Below, piece after piece: positions 50,108 to 62,948 of a stretch of 64,000 nt of DNA (position 1 is its first letter; each line of letters begins with the position of its first letter). Source of the stretch: Malacoraja senta (Eukaryota). The translations under genes and the position numbers were made by a program. Location of the stretch: NCBI GenBank assembly GCA_038087875.1, contig CM075988.1:6262001-6326000 (forward strand), written 5' to 3'. The notes under the pieces were generated by a model. It was not told the DNA's origin. It did no database searches and saw only the letters and a program-made list of their open reading frames with translations.

Positions 50108-50770
50108 AATAAGCGAATGGTATGTTGGCCTTCATAGCAAGAGGATTTGTGTATAGGAGCAGGGAGGTTCTACTGCAGTTGTACAGGGTCTTGGTGAGAC
50201 CACACCTGGAGTATTGCGTACAGTTTTGGTCTCCAAATCTGAGGAAGGACATTATAGCCATAGAGGGAGTGCAGAGAAGGTTCACCAGACTGATTCCTGG
50301 GATGTCAGGACTTTCATATGAAGAAAGACTGGATAGACTTGGCTTATACTCGCTAGAATTTAGGAGATTGAGAGGGGATCTTATAGAAACGTACAAAATT
50401 CTTATGGGGTTGGACAGGCTAGATGCAGGAAGATTGTTCCCGATGTTGGGGAAGTCCAGGACAAGGGGTCACAGCTTAAGGATAAGGGGGAAATCCTTTA
50501 AGACCGAGATGAGGAAAAACTTTTTCACACAGAGAGTGGTGAATCTCTGGAACTCTCTGCCACAGAGGGTAGTTGAGGCCAGTTCATTGGCTATATTTAA
50601 GAGGGAGTTAGATGTGGCCCTTGTGGCTAAAGGGATCAGGGGGTATGGAGAGAAGGCAGGTACGGGATACTGAGTTGGATGATCAGCCATGATCATATTG
50701 AATGGCGGTGCAGGCTCGAAGGGCCGAATGGCCTACTCCTGCACCTATTTTCTATGTATCTATGTATCTA
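50108..50770 (+). mobile_element. Young CR1 LINE 3' fragment
   Basis: Open 183-aa ORF at 50122-50673 (LVRPHLEYCVQFWSP..GIRGYGEKAGTGY), UTR and (tatgtatc) tail. Confidence 0.95.
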
Positions 50771-52074
50771 ACTCGGTGGGTCAGGCCGCATCTCTGGAGA
50801 TCATGGAACATGGAACATGAATAGTTTACGTTTCGGTTCAGGACCCTTCTTCACACTCGAAACGTCACCTATCCACGTTCTCCACCCCCTTGCCGCCCCT
50901 CCCCCCCCCATCCCTCACCTGTATCAAGCTAATACTTGCCAGGATTTCCAGCTTTCTCTTCCCCCTCCTTCACCACACCAACCACAATCAGTCTGAAGAA
51001 GAATCTTAACCCTAAACGCCGCCTAGCTGATCCCTGCACAGATGCTGCCCGACCCACTGCATTACGCCAACATTTTGTGCTTTGATAAAGATAGTGGGAT
51101 ATATGGAGGGAGAAATACAGAAACAGGGGAAAGAGAAAGGTGACGCACAACGAAAAAAAACGTAGAGATCTAGAGACAAACACAGGGATCGACGCAGAAG
51201 GGAGAGAGAACCAAATGGAAACAAGCCAGTGGGAAGATAAAGAGAGACAGTCAAATGTGGAGAGAAACAGAGGGATGAGATGAAAGAAAATGTTTGAAAG
51301 AGACAGAGTGAGTGAGAGGAAAGGACAGAGGGATATAGAGAGAGAGAAGGGCAAGATATAGAGACTGACAGACAGAAAGTGATACAGGCAGATAAACATC
51401 AAGGCATGCTTCAGAAAGCAATTGCAATAAAGCAAAGATTTACCATTTAGTGGAGAGGTGTGGCAGAGTCACAAATCAATGCTGCCATGTTTGTTTGCCT
51501 GCACTCCACCATCGGAAGATATCACCATTTATATTTGTACAGACTAGTAATTACTTGGTTGAAATTTGATAATTTGATCGCAAGGGCTTCCAAAAGTAAA
51601 GTCCCATAAAGTAGGGTCTGACTTAATTAGTCTGTAACAGCAATGTACCCAATGTCACCAGTCCTTCAGCATGGATTACTGTTACTTCCCATGAGTGGCA
51701 TTGGGAGGGAACGTCTAATTATATATCTATTTTACGCCCATCATAAATGTGGCCTTAAATTTCAGCTGTCAGTTGTTGCAGGAACCATTACCCGTTAATG
51801 GATTGCTGGGCTCGAGATGAGAAGCAGGGATGTTTTTAATTTTGCGTCAGTGTAAACTCTCAGTTCAGGGCAGCCTGTGATGATGAATGCCTTGTGTAAT
51901 GTTATTCTTAACAATTACACAGGATTTGAAGAAAAGATAAACCTGAGCTCTGTGATTTGTGTTTGTTATTGAAGCTGTAAATCGAAACAAGAAAAACAAA
52001 CTGGAGGGCAATTGTTCCTGTAATTCTTTAATATTGCTGTTGGATGTTTAGCGGAGAAAGTCTGCCACGGTGAC

Positions 52075-52592
52075 TCGGTGGCACAGCGGTAGAGTTGCCG
52101 CAAAAACAGCGGCGGAGACCCGGGTTCGATCCTGACTACGGGTACTGTCAGTACGGAGCTTGTACGTTCTCTCTGTGACCACGTGGGTTTCCCACGGGTG
52201 CTCCGGTTTCCTCCCACTCTCCAAATACGTTCAGGATTTTAGTTTAATTGAAACATAGAAACATAGAAAATAGGTGCAGGAGGAGGCCATTCGGCCCTTT
52301 GAGCCAGCACCGCCATTCATTGTGATCATGGCTGATCGTCCCCAATCAATAACCCGTGCCTGCCTTCTCCCCATATACCTTGATTCCACTAGCCCCTAGA
52401 GCTCTATCTAACTCTCTTAAATCCATCCAGTGACTTGGCCTCCACTTTGGCTTTGGTAATAATTGTAAATTGTCTCTAGTGTGCCGAATAGTGTTAGTGT
52501 ACGGGGTGATGGTTGGTGGGCATGGTCTTGGTGGGCTCAGGGCCTGTTTCCGTGCTGTATCTCTCGAGTCTAAGGTTTAAAGACTAAAGTCT
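52075..52592 (+). mobile_element. HE1/V-SINE-like element interrupted by a CR1 tail (about 52251-52447, minus)
   Basis: SINE breaks at ttaattg and resumes at ttggctttggt. Confidence 0.87.
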
Positions 52593-52825
52593 AACAGTGT
52601 GAGCAAATCTGCAGACTTTGATTTGGGAGATAAGTTATAAATGCACGTGCACCGTTGTTATTAAACAACATCACCGTCATTGGCCGTAAAGAGTATTGAC
52701 ACGGAAAGTCAGCTCACAGATCTGTAAGTGTCTTCCACACTCTGTGCCACACTGCCCCAAGTGTGAGTTTCTGAGTCAACTGTAACAAAACCTATAGCAT
52801 GGTTTTGGGGCAGCACAGTGCCTTA

Positions 52826-53154
52826 AGGCCCAGTCCCACTTTCCCGAGATACTCACAAACTCTCCCGAGTTCTCCCCTTGATTCGAACTCGGGGAATGTC
52901 GGGTAATGTCGGTAGCGAGCTCGTAGGACCCCGTAGGAGTCCGTAGATGTTTCGTAGTGGCTCGTAATGCCAGCCGCAGGAACTCGGGGCATCAGGTAAG
53001 TCGGGACGTTTTTTCAACATGTTGAAAAATGTCCACGAGTTTAAAAAATAGCCCCGAGTACCAACGAACGGCTATTACCGTAATTCTCCGAGTTCAAATC
53101 AAGGGGAAAACTCGGGAGAGTCCGTGAGTAACTCGGGAAAGTGGGATAGGGCCT
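52826..53154. mobile_element. PIF/Harbinger-type MITE with about 70-bp TIRs, inserted in a SINE head
   Basis: aggcccagtcccactttcccgag and ctcgggaaagtgggatagggcct, flanked by TTA and TAA. Confidence 0.88.
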
Positions 53155-53756
53155 TAACAGCGCCATGGACCCGGGATCCATCCTGACTGCAGGTGCTGTC
53201 TGTACGGAGTTTGTACGTTCTCCCTAAGACCTGCGTGGGTTTTCGCCGAGATCTTCAGTTTCCTCCCACACTCCAAAGACAATAGACAATAAACAATAGG
53301 TGCAGGAGTAGGCCATTCGGCTCTTCGAGCCAGCACCGCCATTCAATGTGATCATGGCTGATCATCCCCAAACTGTACTCTGTTCCTGCCTTCTCCCCAT
53401 ATCCCCTGACTCCGCTATCTTTAAGAGCCCTATCTAGCTCTCTCTTGAAAGTATCCAGAGAACTGGCCACCGAGGCAGAGAATTCCATAGACTCACAACT
53501 CTCTGTGTGAAAAAAGTGATTCCTCATCTCTGTTCTAAATGGCTTACTCCTTATTCTTAAACAGTGGCCCCTGGTTCTGAACTCCCCCAACATCGGGAAC
53601 AAAGACGTGCAGGTTTGTAGGTTAATTGGCTTGGTATAAATGCAATAGAAATTGTCCCTAGTGTGTGTAGGATAGTGTTAGTGTGCGGGGATTGCTGGTA
53701 GGCGCGGACTCAGTGGGCAGAAGGGCCTGTTTCCGCTCAAAACTAAACTAAACTAA
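53155..53756 (+). mobile_element. HE1/V-SINE-like element interrupted by a CR1 3' fragment (53281-53599, minus)
   Basis: TSD caaagac at 53274-53280 and 53600-53606. Confidence 0.88.
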
Positions 53757-54459
53757 AAAGGTGTGAAGGAAAAGTCGTGCTGCCCTTTAATCGACCCCTG
53801 GATCTGCTGTGACAAGATCGGGAAGAGGAATTGGATGCGTCTTGTGCCAGCTCCCGAGGCTGAATATCGAAGCCAAGAGGACCCAGTTCTGCAGTGCAGT
53901 GTGTCCTGCAGGGTCAGAGTGCCATGTGCATGCGTGCACTGCCATACTGATGAAGGGAAGATTTCAGGCTCTCTGGGTGACTGCCAAAAACAGCTAATCA
54001 TTTTCCAAATGTTAACTAAAGGTTCAGCAACAAATGCTCAGACTGTTAAAGAATTATTCTTCACAACATAGTCTTCATAAATTGTCTCCCGGACTTCTCC
54101 CTCAGTAAATCCCCCTTCTCACTAATCCTTTCTTCACACTATCCATCCCCATGACGTCGCCACCACTCCTCCAAACTGTCCATCATGTATCCATGAGTAT
54201 TGGTGTGTGTGGATATACTTTGATCCTATTGACATGGGGGACAATATGGTATGTCATGCAGACCAGACGCCCCATCATTGACTCCGTCTACACTTCATGC
54301 TGCCTCAGGAAAGCAGCCAACATTATCAAGGACCTTTCCTAACCCTTCTTCCTGCTTCTGTCACAGAAGATAAAGCCTTAAGACATGCATCACCAAACTC
54401 AGGAACAGCTTCTTCCCCTTTATTATTAGACTTCTGAACGGTCCTTCCACAAGCTTCCT

Positions 54460-55100
54460 TGAAGATGGCATCACTGGTAGAAAGGCTGGTCAAAAAGGCT
54501 TTTGGCACGCTGGCCTTCATCATTCAGAGTACCGAGTATAGAACTTCTTCAAAGTTCTATTCTACTGACGGGTTTCGGCCCGAAACGTTGCCTATTTCCT
54601 TCGCTCCATAGATGCTGCTGCACCCGCTGAGTTTCTCCAGCATTTTTGTGTACCTACCGAGTATAGAAGTTGGGAAGTCATGTTACAGTTGTATAAGACA
54701 TTGGCGAGGATTTTGTTAGAGGATTGTGTTCAGTTTTGGTCACCATGTTATAGGAAAGATGTTGTCAAGCTGGAAAGGGAGCAGTGAAGATTTCCAAGGA
54801 TGTTGCTAGGACTCGAGTGCCTGAGCTGTAGGGAGAGGTTGAGCAGGCTAGGACTTTATTCCTTGGAATGCAAGAGGATGAGGGGTGATCTTGTAGAGGA
54901 GTACAAAATCACGAGAGGAATAAATTGGGTAAATGCACAGAGTGCTTTTACATAGAGTAGGGGAATCAAGAACCAGAGGACATAGGTTAAAGGTGAGGGG
55001 GTGGGGGGGGGGGGGGGGGAGATTTAATAGGAACCTGAGGGGTAACTTTTTTACACAAAGGGTGGTGAGTGTATGGAATGAGCTGCCGGAGGAGGCAGTA
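54460..55100 (+). mobile_element. CR1 LINE fragment with a nested Penelope-derived repeat (about 54545-54655)
   Basis: CR1 ORF motifs; taccgagtatagaa is duplicated on both sides of the insert. Confidence 0.85.
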
Positions 55101-55149
55101 GAATCACAGAAGCCAATTGTTGACAAGATGAGACTGAGAGCAATGGATA

Positions 55150-55522
55150 CACAAAGGTGACAGGCTACAGATCTGTAGTGCAGACAATCACACCTCCAGC
55201 CAGCTTATTGAAGTACAGTTATGCCCGTATCCAACCAAAAATGTGGAAGATTGCCTGAGTATATCTTGTTCAAATAAGCAAAACAAATCCATTCTGGACT
55301 ATTCCTGCATATTCATGTCATCGATACAGAGCTGGGTGGTGGTGCAGCAAATAGTGACACCAAGCACCACCTACTCACTCATGCCCAATAGGGCTGTGTC
55401 CAGGACAACTCAGCTCCACATAACATCACAGCCTTGGTCCAAACACGGAGGAAAAAGTCCATGAGTTCCAGAGGTGAGAGTGATAAGCCCTTGACATTAA
55501 AACAGAATTTGACCGAGGTTGG
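55150..55522 (+). mobile_element. Ancient CR1/L2-group LINE RT fragment
   Basis: Decayed ITALVQT..EVRV.ALDIK..FDRV-like motif. Probably related decayed pieces at about 32140-32650 (-) and 56730-56850. Confidence 0.55.
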
Positions 55523-55664
55523 GTGTAGGAGGTGACTCCCGGGCACAAAGGCTGAAGGCTGAAGGTGGCCAGGAGGGGAAAGAACGACTGTTCACTGGCG
55601 ATCCAGACGGAGGCGACGGCTGCAATGGGTCTTCATGACCAGTTGCAGCCAGGACTGTGAAAAT

Positions 55665-56135
55665 GGTGTTGAGGGAGTGCAGCGTAGGTTCACGAGGTTA
55701 ATTCCAGGGATGGCGGGACTGTCATATGTTGATAGAATGGAGTGGCTGGGCTTGTACACTCTGGAATTTAGAAGGATGAGAGGGGTTCTTAATGAAACAT
55801 ATAAGATTATTAAGGGTTTGAACACGCTAGAGGCAGGAAACATGTTCCCAATGTTGGGGGAGTCCAGAACCAGCGGCCACAGTTTAAGAATAAGGGATAG
55901 GCTATTTAGAGTGGAGATGAGGAAAAACTTTTTGACCCAGAGAGTTTTGATTCTGTGGAATTCTCCGCCTCAGAAGGCAGTGGAGGCCGGCTCTCTGGAT
56001 GCTTTCACGACAGAGTTAGAAAGAGCTCTTAAAGATAACTGAGACAAGGGATATGGGGAAAAGGCAGGAATGATCACAGTGAATCGCAGTACTGGCTCAA
56101 TGGGCCGAATGGCCTACTCCTGCACCTATTGTCTA
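55665..56135 (+). mobile_element. CR1 LINE 3' fragment
   Basis: EGVQRRFTRLIPGMAGLSY..LERALKD plus UTR. Confidence 0.92.
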
Positions 56136-56284
56136 AAACCCGGCGACTCTTGCATATGGACTCGGGCTGTTTCAATGCATTCGGTACTTAATCGGGGGAT
56201 TGTTCTGATGTATAGCAATAATGTCACTGTATGTATGTAAAAAATGTATTTCACTGTACCTTGATAGATGTTATGAGAGCACCT

Positions 56285-56655
56285 ATTTTACTAAAAATAA
56301 TTTTAATCAATTATTTATAATAATAATATTTACAATACAAACCAATACCATCAAACCCACCACCATAACAAATATTCTTAAATATCAAATATACTGAAAA
56401 TGAAACTATATTACAAACCTTGTCAAGGATGTAATCCTCCCCCTTTCCCCCTCCCCCCTCCCCCCTCCCCCCTCCCCCCTCCCCCATCCCCCCTCCCCCC
56501 TCCCGCCCACCATGTCCCCCCTGTCCCCCCCATCCCCCCCGTCCCCGTCCCCGTCCCCCCCCACCCCCGTGATGCCCAGCGGTCCCGGAAATCCCCTAGG
56601 GTGCCCATGGACAGCGCATAATCCCTCTCTAAAACCACCCAGCCGCAGACGTAAG
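56285..56655 (-). mobile_element. Tx1/L1-like 3' end with a C-rich low-complexity expansion (56437-56568)
   Basis: VLERDYALSMGTLGDFRDRWA on the minus strand. Confidence 0.7.
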
Positions 56656-56951
56656 GGGTGGTTTTAAAGGGGCTATAAAATTAAATTAACTTAATGTCAT
56701 TAAAAAGTACCATTAAACCATTGAACCATTAAATGTTGGATTCGAAGCACTCTGGTAAAACTGCAGTCAATGGGCAGAAGAATGAAATGCTCAAGTAACT
56801 GAAGTGTTGCCATTCACAGGGAAGATTATTGTGGTTGTTGGAGGTTGCTCATTTAGGACAATGGTCCATAATTTGAAGTGCATTAAACCCCAGGGATCAG
56901 GGCATGTGGGGGAGATCAGAGACACAGCACCTTTGCAAGAAGTGAAAACAA

Positions 56952-57290
56952 AGTTTAGTTTCAGTTTAGTTTAGTTTAATTTAGTTCAGTTTAGAGATGT
57001 AGCGTGGAAACAGGATCTTCATCCCATCGTGTTCAATGCCGAGTGGCGATCCCCGTACACTAGCACTATCCAACACACTAGTGACAATTTACAATTTTTA
57101 CCAAAGCCAATTAACCTACAAACCTGTACGTCTTTGAAGTGTGGGAGGAAACCTGAGCAACCGAGGAAATCCCACGTGGTCACAGGGAGAATGTACAAAC
57201 TCCATACAGACAGCACCTGTAGGTAGGATCGAACCTGGGTCGCTGGCGCTGTGAGGCAGCAACTTTACCGCTGTGCCAACGTGCCGCCCC
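56952..57290 (-). mobile_element. HE1/V-SINE-like element
   Basis: Full-length reverse-complement match. Confidence 0.9.
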
Positions 57291-58039
57291 AAAGTGCGTA
57301 ACTTACTGGAACAACAGCCAGAGTTCTGGACAGTTCTGGACCGAGATCTGCCAGAGATGCCAGCTTGAATCCATCACTGGCAGCTCGACTGCGAGAATTG
57401 TATTCAATTAATCAAATGACATTTGGAATTTGGTAAAAATTCTGTCCTCTCTAATAATATCCGTGAAACAACTGGCATGAAAACGCATCTGTTCACTGTT
57501 GTCTGTCAGTGAAGGAAGCCTGCCCTCCTGACCATATGTGGCTCCTGCCCGACTGACAATGCGGATTAGTTGGCAATTAAGAAGGAACAATAGTCATGTT
57601 AGTCATGCTGCCATTGCCATCCCATGACTAAAGAGGGGAAAGATCCCAGCCGATCAGTGAGGATTTTAATAGTAAAGTCACAGAGACAAATACCACAAGA
57701 AGATTGTGGAGGCCGTCAATGGATATTTTAATGGCAGAGATAGATAGATTCTTGGGTGTCAGTGGATGTGGGGAGAAGGCAGGAGAATGGGGCTGTGGGA
57801 AAGATAGATCAGCCATGATTAAATGGCAGAGTAGACTTGATGGGCCGAATGGCTTAATTCTGCTCCTATCACTTATGAGCTTATAAGAACGTGCCTTTCT
57901 CCGCCAACTTCACAGTGATCATCAAGCAGCAATTTCTACATTAAACCTACCTAATCCGTTTTATCCTTCGCACATTCCCATCCACTCCCTCAGATTCTAC
58001 CACTTACCGACACAAGAAATTCACACTGGTCATAACCCA

Positions 58040-59702
58040 CAACTGTGTCAGCCTTTCACGATGAAAGAACTAGATGCTGCTCGATGCACGGCCAACGTAG
58101 GTAAAGCTGCAGGTCTGGATAACATCATGACTGAACAGATCAAGCACCTTGGGCCAACTGCAAAACAGTGGTTGCTGGCCATGTTTAACACCTGCATGGA
58201 GAGATGTCACATCCCAAAAATCTGGCGTCACACACGTGTCATAGCATTGCTGAAGTCAGGCAAAGATCCTTCAGCACGAAGAGCTACAGGCCAATATCAC
58301 GTTGTTGCCACACCTACAAGCTGTTTGAGCATCTCATCTTGACCCACCTCAGCCTGGTGATAGAGCCATCCCTAATAAAGGAGCAGGCAGGGTTCTGGCT
58401 TGGGAATTCCTGCACTGGTCAGCTTCTCAATCTCACCCAACACATAGAGGATGGCTTTCAGGAAGGTGTTATCACAGGCGCTGCTTTAGTAGACCTCTCA
58501 GCCGCTTATGATACAGTAAACCAACGCCTACTGTGACACAAAGTACTTAATCTGACACACAACTTGCATCTAACCAACCTGGTGAAGACTCTGATCGAGT
58601 CCGACTCTGATAAAGACGCTTCTTTGTCGAGCTGTCAGGAAAGAAAAGTCGTTGGTGCAGACAGAAAAACGGCCTCCCACAAGGAAGTGTCCTGTATCTA
58701 TGTTAACGACAAGCCCATCCATCCAACACCAGGAGTTTCATTTATGCAGATGACCTATGTGTTACAACCCAAAGTGCTGACTTCCTCCAGGCAGAAGCTA
58801 CTCTATGTGAGGCTTTAGTCAACCTGTTCTCTACAAAGAGATCACCTGAGAGCCAATCCATCTAAAGCCCAAGTATGCAAATCGAAGTTTGAAGATTGCA
58901 TGGTATGGTGTCAGATTGGAGCACTGTGGCAATCCAGTCTATCTCGGTGTGACTTGATCAATCTCTGACCTACAAAGCACATATCACCAAGCTTAAAGGA
59001 AAAGTCAGTTCCAGACATGCTCTTCTTAGTGAGCTGAGTGCCTCAAAACTGGGAGCAAATTGTTCAACCATTCGATCAACAGCTCTGGCTCTTTGCTTCT
59101 CCGCTGCCGAGTATGCCTGTGCAGTATGGGAGCGTTCAGCTCATGCAAGGAAGATTGACTCTGTGCTAAACACAAGCTGTCGCTGCATCAGTGGATGCAT
59201 GAAGCCTACCAAGACTGACAACATCTACCTACTCTCTGGCATTGCAACCCCTGGAATCAGAAGAACTGTAGCTAGTCAAAAAGAATGACTCAGACCATCA
59301 GAGGATGAAAGACTCCCCCTACATGACCACCCTTTACTACCTCAGCGTTTAAAATTACGCAGAAGTTCCTCTCTTCTGTCCATCCCTGGACTGCAGTGCA
59401 TCATCCAGAAGGCTCAGACTCTGGAAGAGAGACTAGAGAAATCTCCGGAAGACATTCACATGGCTATTGATCCCTCCAAGAAATTCCCACCAGGTTCGAC
59501 CAACCGTGTATAACCTGGCACAGTTTCAACAGACTGCGGACGGGTGCGGGAGGAGCACATCGACCATGCTGAAGTGGGGATATACTAAAGATGCAGCAGA
59601 CTGTGACTGAGGACGGGGCGTCTAGACTATGGAACATCTCCTGAGCTGTGACATGCTGCATGACACATGCACTGTAAAGGACCTTGCAGAAGCCAACCAC
59701 GA
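58040..59702 (+). mobile_element. Decayed Daphne-like LINE (older relative of 21214-22633)
   Basis: SCTGQLLNLTQHIEDGF..GAALVDLSAAYDTV, NGLPQGS, FIYADDL and ALALCFSAAEYAC, with several frameshifts and stops. Confidence 0.88.
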
Positions 59703-60035
59703 AAAATGTTCCAATGTTGGGCGAGTCCAGAACCTGGGGCCACAGTCTTAGAATAAAGGTGAGGCCATTTAAGATTGAGGTGAGAAAAAAACTTTTTCAC
59801 CCAGAGAGTTGTGAATTTGTGGAATTCCCTGCACAGGGGCAGTGGAGGGCAAATCACTGGATGGATTTAAGAGAGAGTTAGATAGAGCTCTAGGGGCTAG
59901 TGAATCAAGGGATATGGGGAGAAGGCAGGCACGGGTTATTGATAGGGGACGATCAGCCATGATCACAATGAATGGCGGTGCTGGCTCGAAGGGCCGAATG
60001 GCCTCCTCCTGCACATATTTTCTATGTTTCTATGT
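59703..60035 (+). mobile_element. CR1 LINE 3' fragment
   Basis: PMLGESRTWGHSLRI plus UTR and (tatgtttc) tail. Confidence 0.9.
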
Positions 60036-60259
60036 TACTATGTATAATATAGGTTTACATATTCTGTCATGCTGCTGCAAGTAAAAATGTCATTGTTCTA
60101 TCTGGGACATATGGCAATAAAACACTCCTGACTCTTGACTCTTGATATCTGAATCCTCCCTAACCTCCTGCACCTTCAACAGAATGATCATAATGGTCCA
60201 AGAAGCCCAACCACTCATGGACAATCAGTTATCTCAGGCCTCAGCCCACGGATATGTTC

Positions 60260-60867
60260 GAAACATAGAAAAATAGGTGCAGGAGTAGGCCATTCGGCCC
60301 TTCGAGCCAGCACCGCCATTCAATATGATCATGGCTGATCATCAAAAATCAGTATCCCGTTCCTGCTTTTTCCCATATCCCTTGATTCTTTTGGACCTAA
60401 GAGCTAAATCTAACTCTCTCTTGAAAACATCCAGTGAATTGGCCTTCACTGCCATATGTAGCAGAGAATTCCACAGATTCACAACTCTCTGGGTGAAAAA
60501 GGTTTTCCTCATCTCAGTCCTAAATGGCCTATCCCTTATTCTTAAACTTTGACCCCTGGTTCCGGACTCCCCCAACATGGGGAACATTTTTACTGCATCT
60601 AAGCTTGTCCATCCTTCAAGAATTTATATGCTTCATAAGATCCCCTCCCATCTTTCTAAATTCCAGTGAATACAAGCCCAGTCAACCCATTCTTTCATCA
60701 TATGTCAGTCCTGCCATCCCGGGAAACCTGGTGAACCTACGCTGCACTCCCTCAAAAGCAATAATGTCCTTCTTCAAATTAGACCAAAATTGCACACAAT
60801 ACTCCAGGTGCAGTCTCACCAGGGCCCTGTACAACTGCGGTAGGACCTCTTTGCTCCTAAACTCAAA
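60260..60867 (-). mobile_element. CR1 LINE 3' fragment
   Basis: LYRALVRLHLEYCVQFWS..EGVQRRFTR plus UTR. Confidence 0.92.
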
Positions 60868-61734
60868 TGTTGAGTAAATTCCAGGGATGCCTCCCCATTT
60901 AAGATCCACGTGACTCCCTCCCCTCCCAGTGGCACTCCGTCATACTGATAGTGAGACGTCCTCTTTGGTTCATTTACAGAGTGGGCGTCGAGGGAAACCG
61001 CTGATGTCAAGACTATCCAGCAGTGAAGACTCCAAATCCCTGCCCCATAGATTACGCACAGCCCCATATTACTCTGAACAAAGACTTCACGACAAAGGAA
61101 AGCCTGTAACCCTATTAATGCATGAAGAGTTATGAGCACAGTCCGGTGATAAGGGCGGCAAACTATGTGCAGCTGGGCCATGGATTAATTACCCAACATT
61201 CTGCTGTAATTACGTCCATTAAACGATGTCCGACCTGCGGCTTATTCTCTACAAAATATGTATTTTAATGTTGTAATTCTATAATAAGGAGAAGAAAGAG
61301 AAATGTTGTTCATAAGGGACAGATTAGAAGCGGCATTTTTCCAGCAAGCAGCTGCTCTGGCCGAAATGGAAATGGTTCATATTTTCTGTCCCTCAAACGA
61401 GACTCCGTTCTCATCAGTAGCATTGCCAAAGCCTCAGAGTCGATGCATTTGATGCCGTGCATCTGTGGTGCTAAGCTGATCCTGTCACCTCCATGGCTTT
61501 GCAGTGGGTTTCTCAGCTGCCTTACGCTTAGCTAGGCCGAGCCTGCAATGTTGTCAGGACAACGGGCCTTAATGGTCAGGTCAGGAAGACTGCATTTACA
61601 AGCTGGGACTTTTAAAACGGCGCCAAAACTGGCGACTCCCAGCGTACTACTACTATGTATACTATCTGTGTACTACTACCCTGTATACTCTCTCAGTATA
61701 CTACTACTGTGTATACTGTCTCAGTGTACTACTA

Positions 61735-62320
61735 ATAAATAATAATAATAAATACTTTATTGATCCCCTCAGGGAAATTCAGATGTCCAGAAGCCCCCAA
61801 CCAACAAACACGCACATTCAAAATGAACGTAGATAGAAAATATATAAAATACAATGTGGACAATACCTGAGAGCAATAAATATTTAAAAAGACCAATAAT
61901 CAACAATTAAAAAATGCAAAAACGCATCCCCCTACGTATTATAAAATCTAATGGCTGCAGGGGTGAAGAATCTCCGGAACCGCTCCGTTCTACAGCGCAG
62001 GGACAGGAGCCGGTTGTTGTTCCGAGTGCTCTGACTCTCCAGAATTACATGGAGGGATGCCTGGGGTGAGGGATTCCAGATGACCCGCACCTTGCGCCTC
62101 ATACGCCTCTCAAGCACATCCATCCCAGAGTCCACTCTCCCCTCCAGCTCTGAGCTAGCCCGTTTTACCAGTTTGTCCAGCTTCTTGTTGTTTTTCGCAC
62201 TGATGCTGTTGCCCCAGCAGACAACAGCGTAGAAATAACACTTGCAACCACAGTGTTGGTAAAACATGTACAGCATATCATTACGCACATTGAAGGATTT
62301 GAGCCTTCTGAGAAATAAAA
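61735..62320 (-). mobile_element. Rex1/Babar LINE 3' end within a (tactactgtg)-like repeat
   Basis: FLRRLKSFNV..MFYQ..YAVVCWGNSI..LDKLVKRAS..CRTERFRRFF.PAAIRFYN; (tta)n tail. Confidence 0.88.
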
Positions 62321-62512
62321 AAGGGGGGAAAAAAATGTATACCATGCCAGTGTACTACTACTGTGTGTGCCATCTCAGTGTACTACTACTATCCATTTGT
62401 ACTGTATGTGAGATGCTTATCTGAGATGTGTCTATGTTTCTATGTACAGTGATACTTGTACTGAACTGTACACGGAAAATAATTTCACTGTACCTCGGTA
62501 CATGTGACAAAT

Positions 62513-62820
62513 AGGGCGGCACAGTGGGCGCAGTGGTAGAGTTGCTGCCTTACAGCGTCAGAGACCCGATTCGATCCTGACTACGGGTGCTGTCTGTGTA
62601 GAGTTTTGAACGTTCTCCCTGTGACTGGGTGGGTTTTCCCAGGTGCTCCGGTTTCCTCCCACACCAAAGACGTACAGGTTTGTAGGGTAATTGGCTTTGG
62701 TAGAGATTGTAAATTGTTCTAGTCTGTAGGATAGTGCTAGTGTACGGGGTGATCGCTGGGTCGGCGCGGACACGGTGGGCCGAAGAGCCTGTTTCCGCAC
62801 TGTAATATCAACTAAACTAA
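62513..62820 (+). mobile_element. HE1/V-SINE-like element
   Basis: Full-length match. Confidence 0.9.
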
Positions 62821-62914
62821 AAAGTCAAGGGGAACCCACTTGGTCACAGGGAGATGGACGCAAAGTACTGGAGTAACTCAACGGGTCAGGCAGCATCTCT
62901 GGAAAAAAGGAATA

Positions 62915-62948
62915 GGTGACGTTTCAGGTCGAGACCCTTCATCAGACT
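62915..62948 (-). ncRNA. Minimal hammerhead ribozyme-like motif in a Penelope-derived repeat
   Basis: Minus strand reads agU-CUGAUGA-A-GGGUC-UC-GACCU-GAAAC-GUC-ACC: canonical core and GUC site, but only a 2-bp stem I. Confidence 0.55.

Noticed and set aside
50929..51435. 168-aa hydrophobic ORF on the minus strand
   Set aside because: Results from a GA-rich low-complexity tract plus a Penelope-derived repeat.
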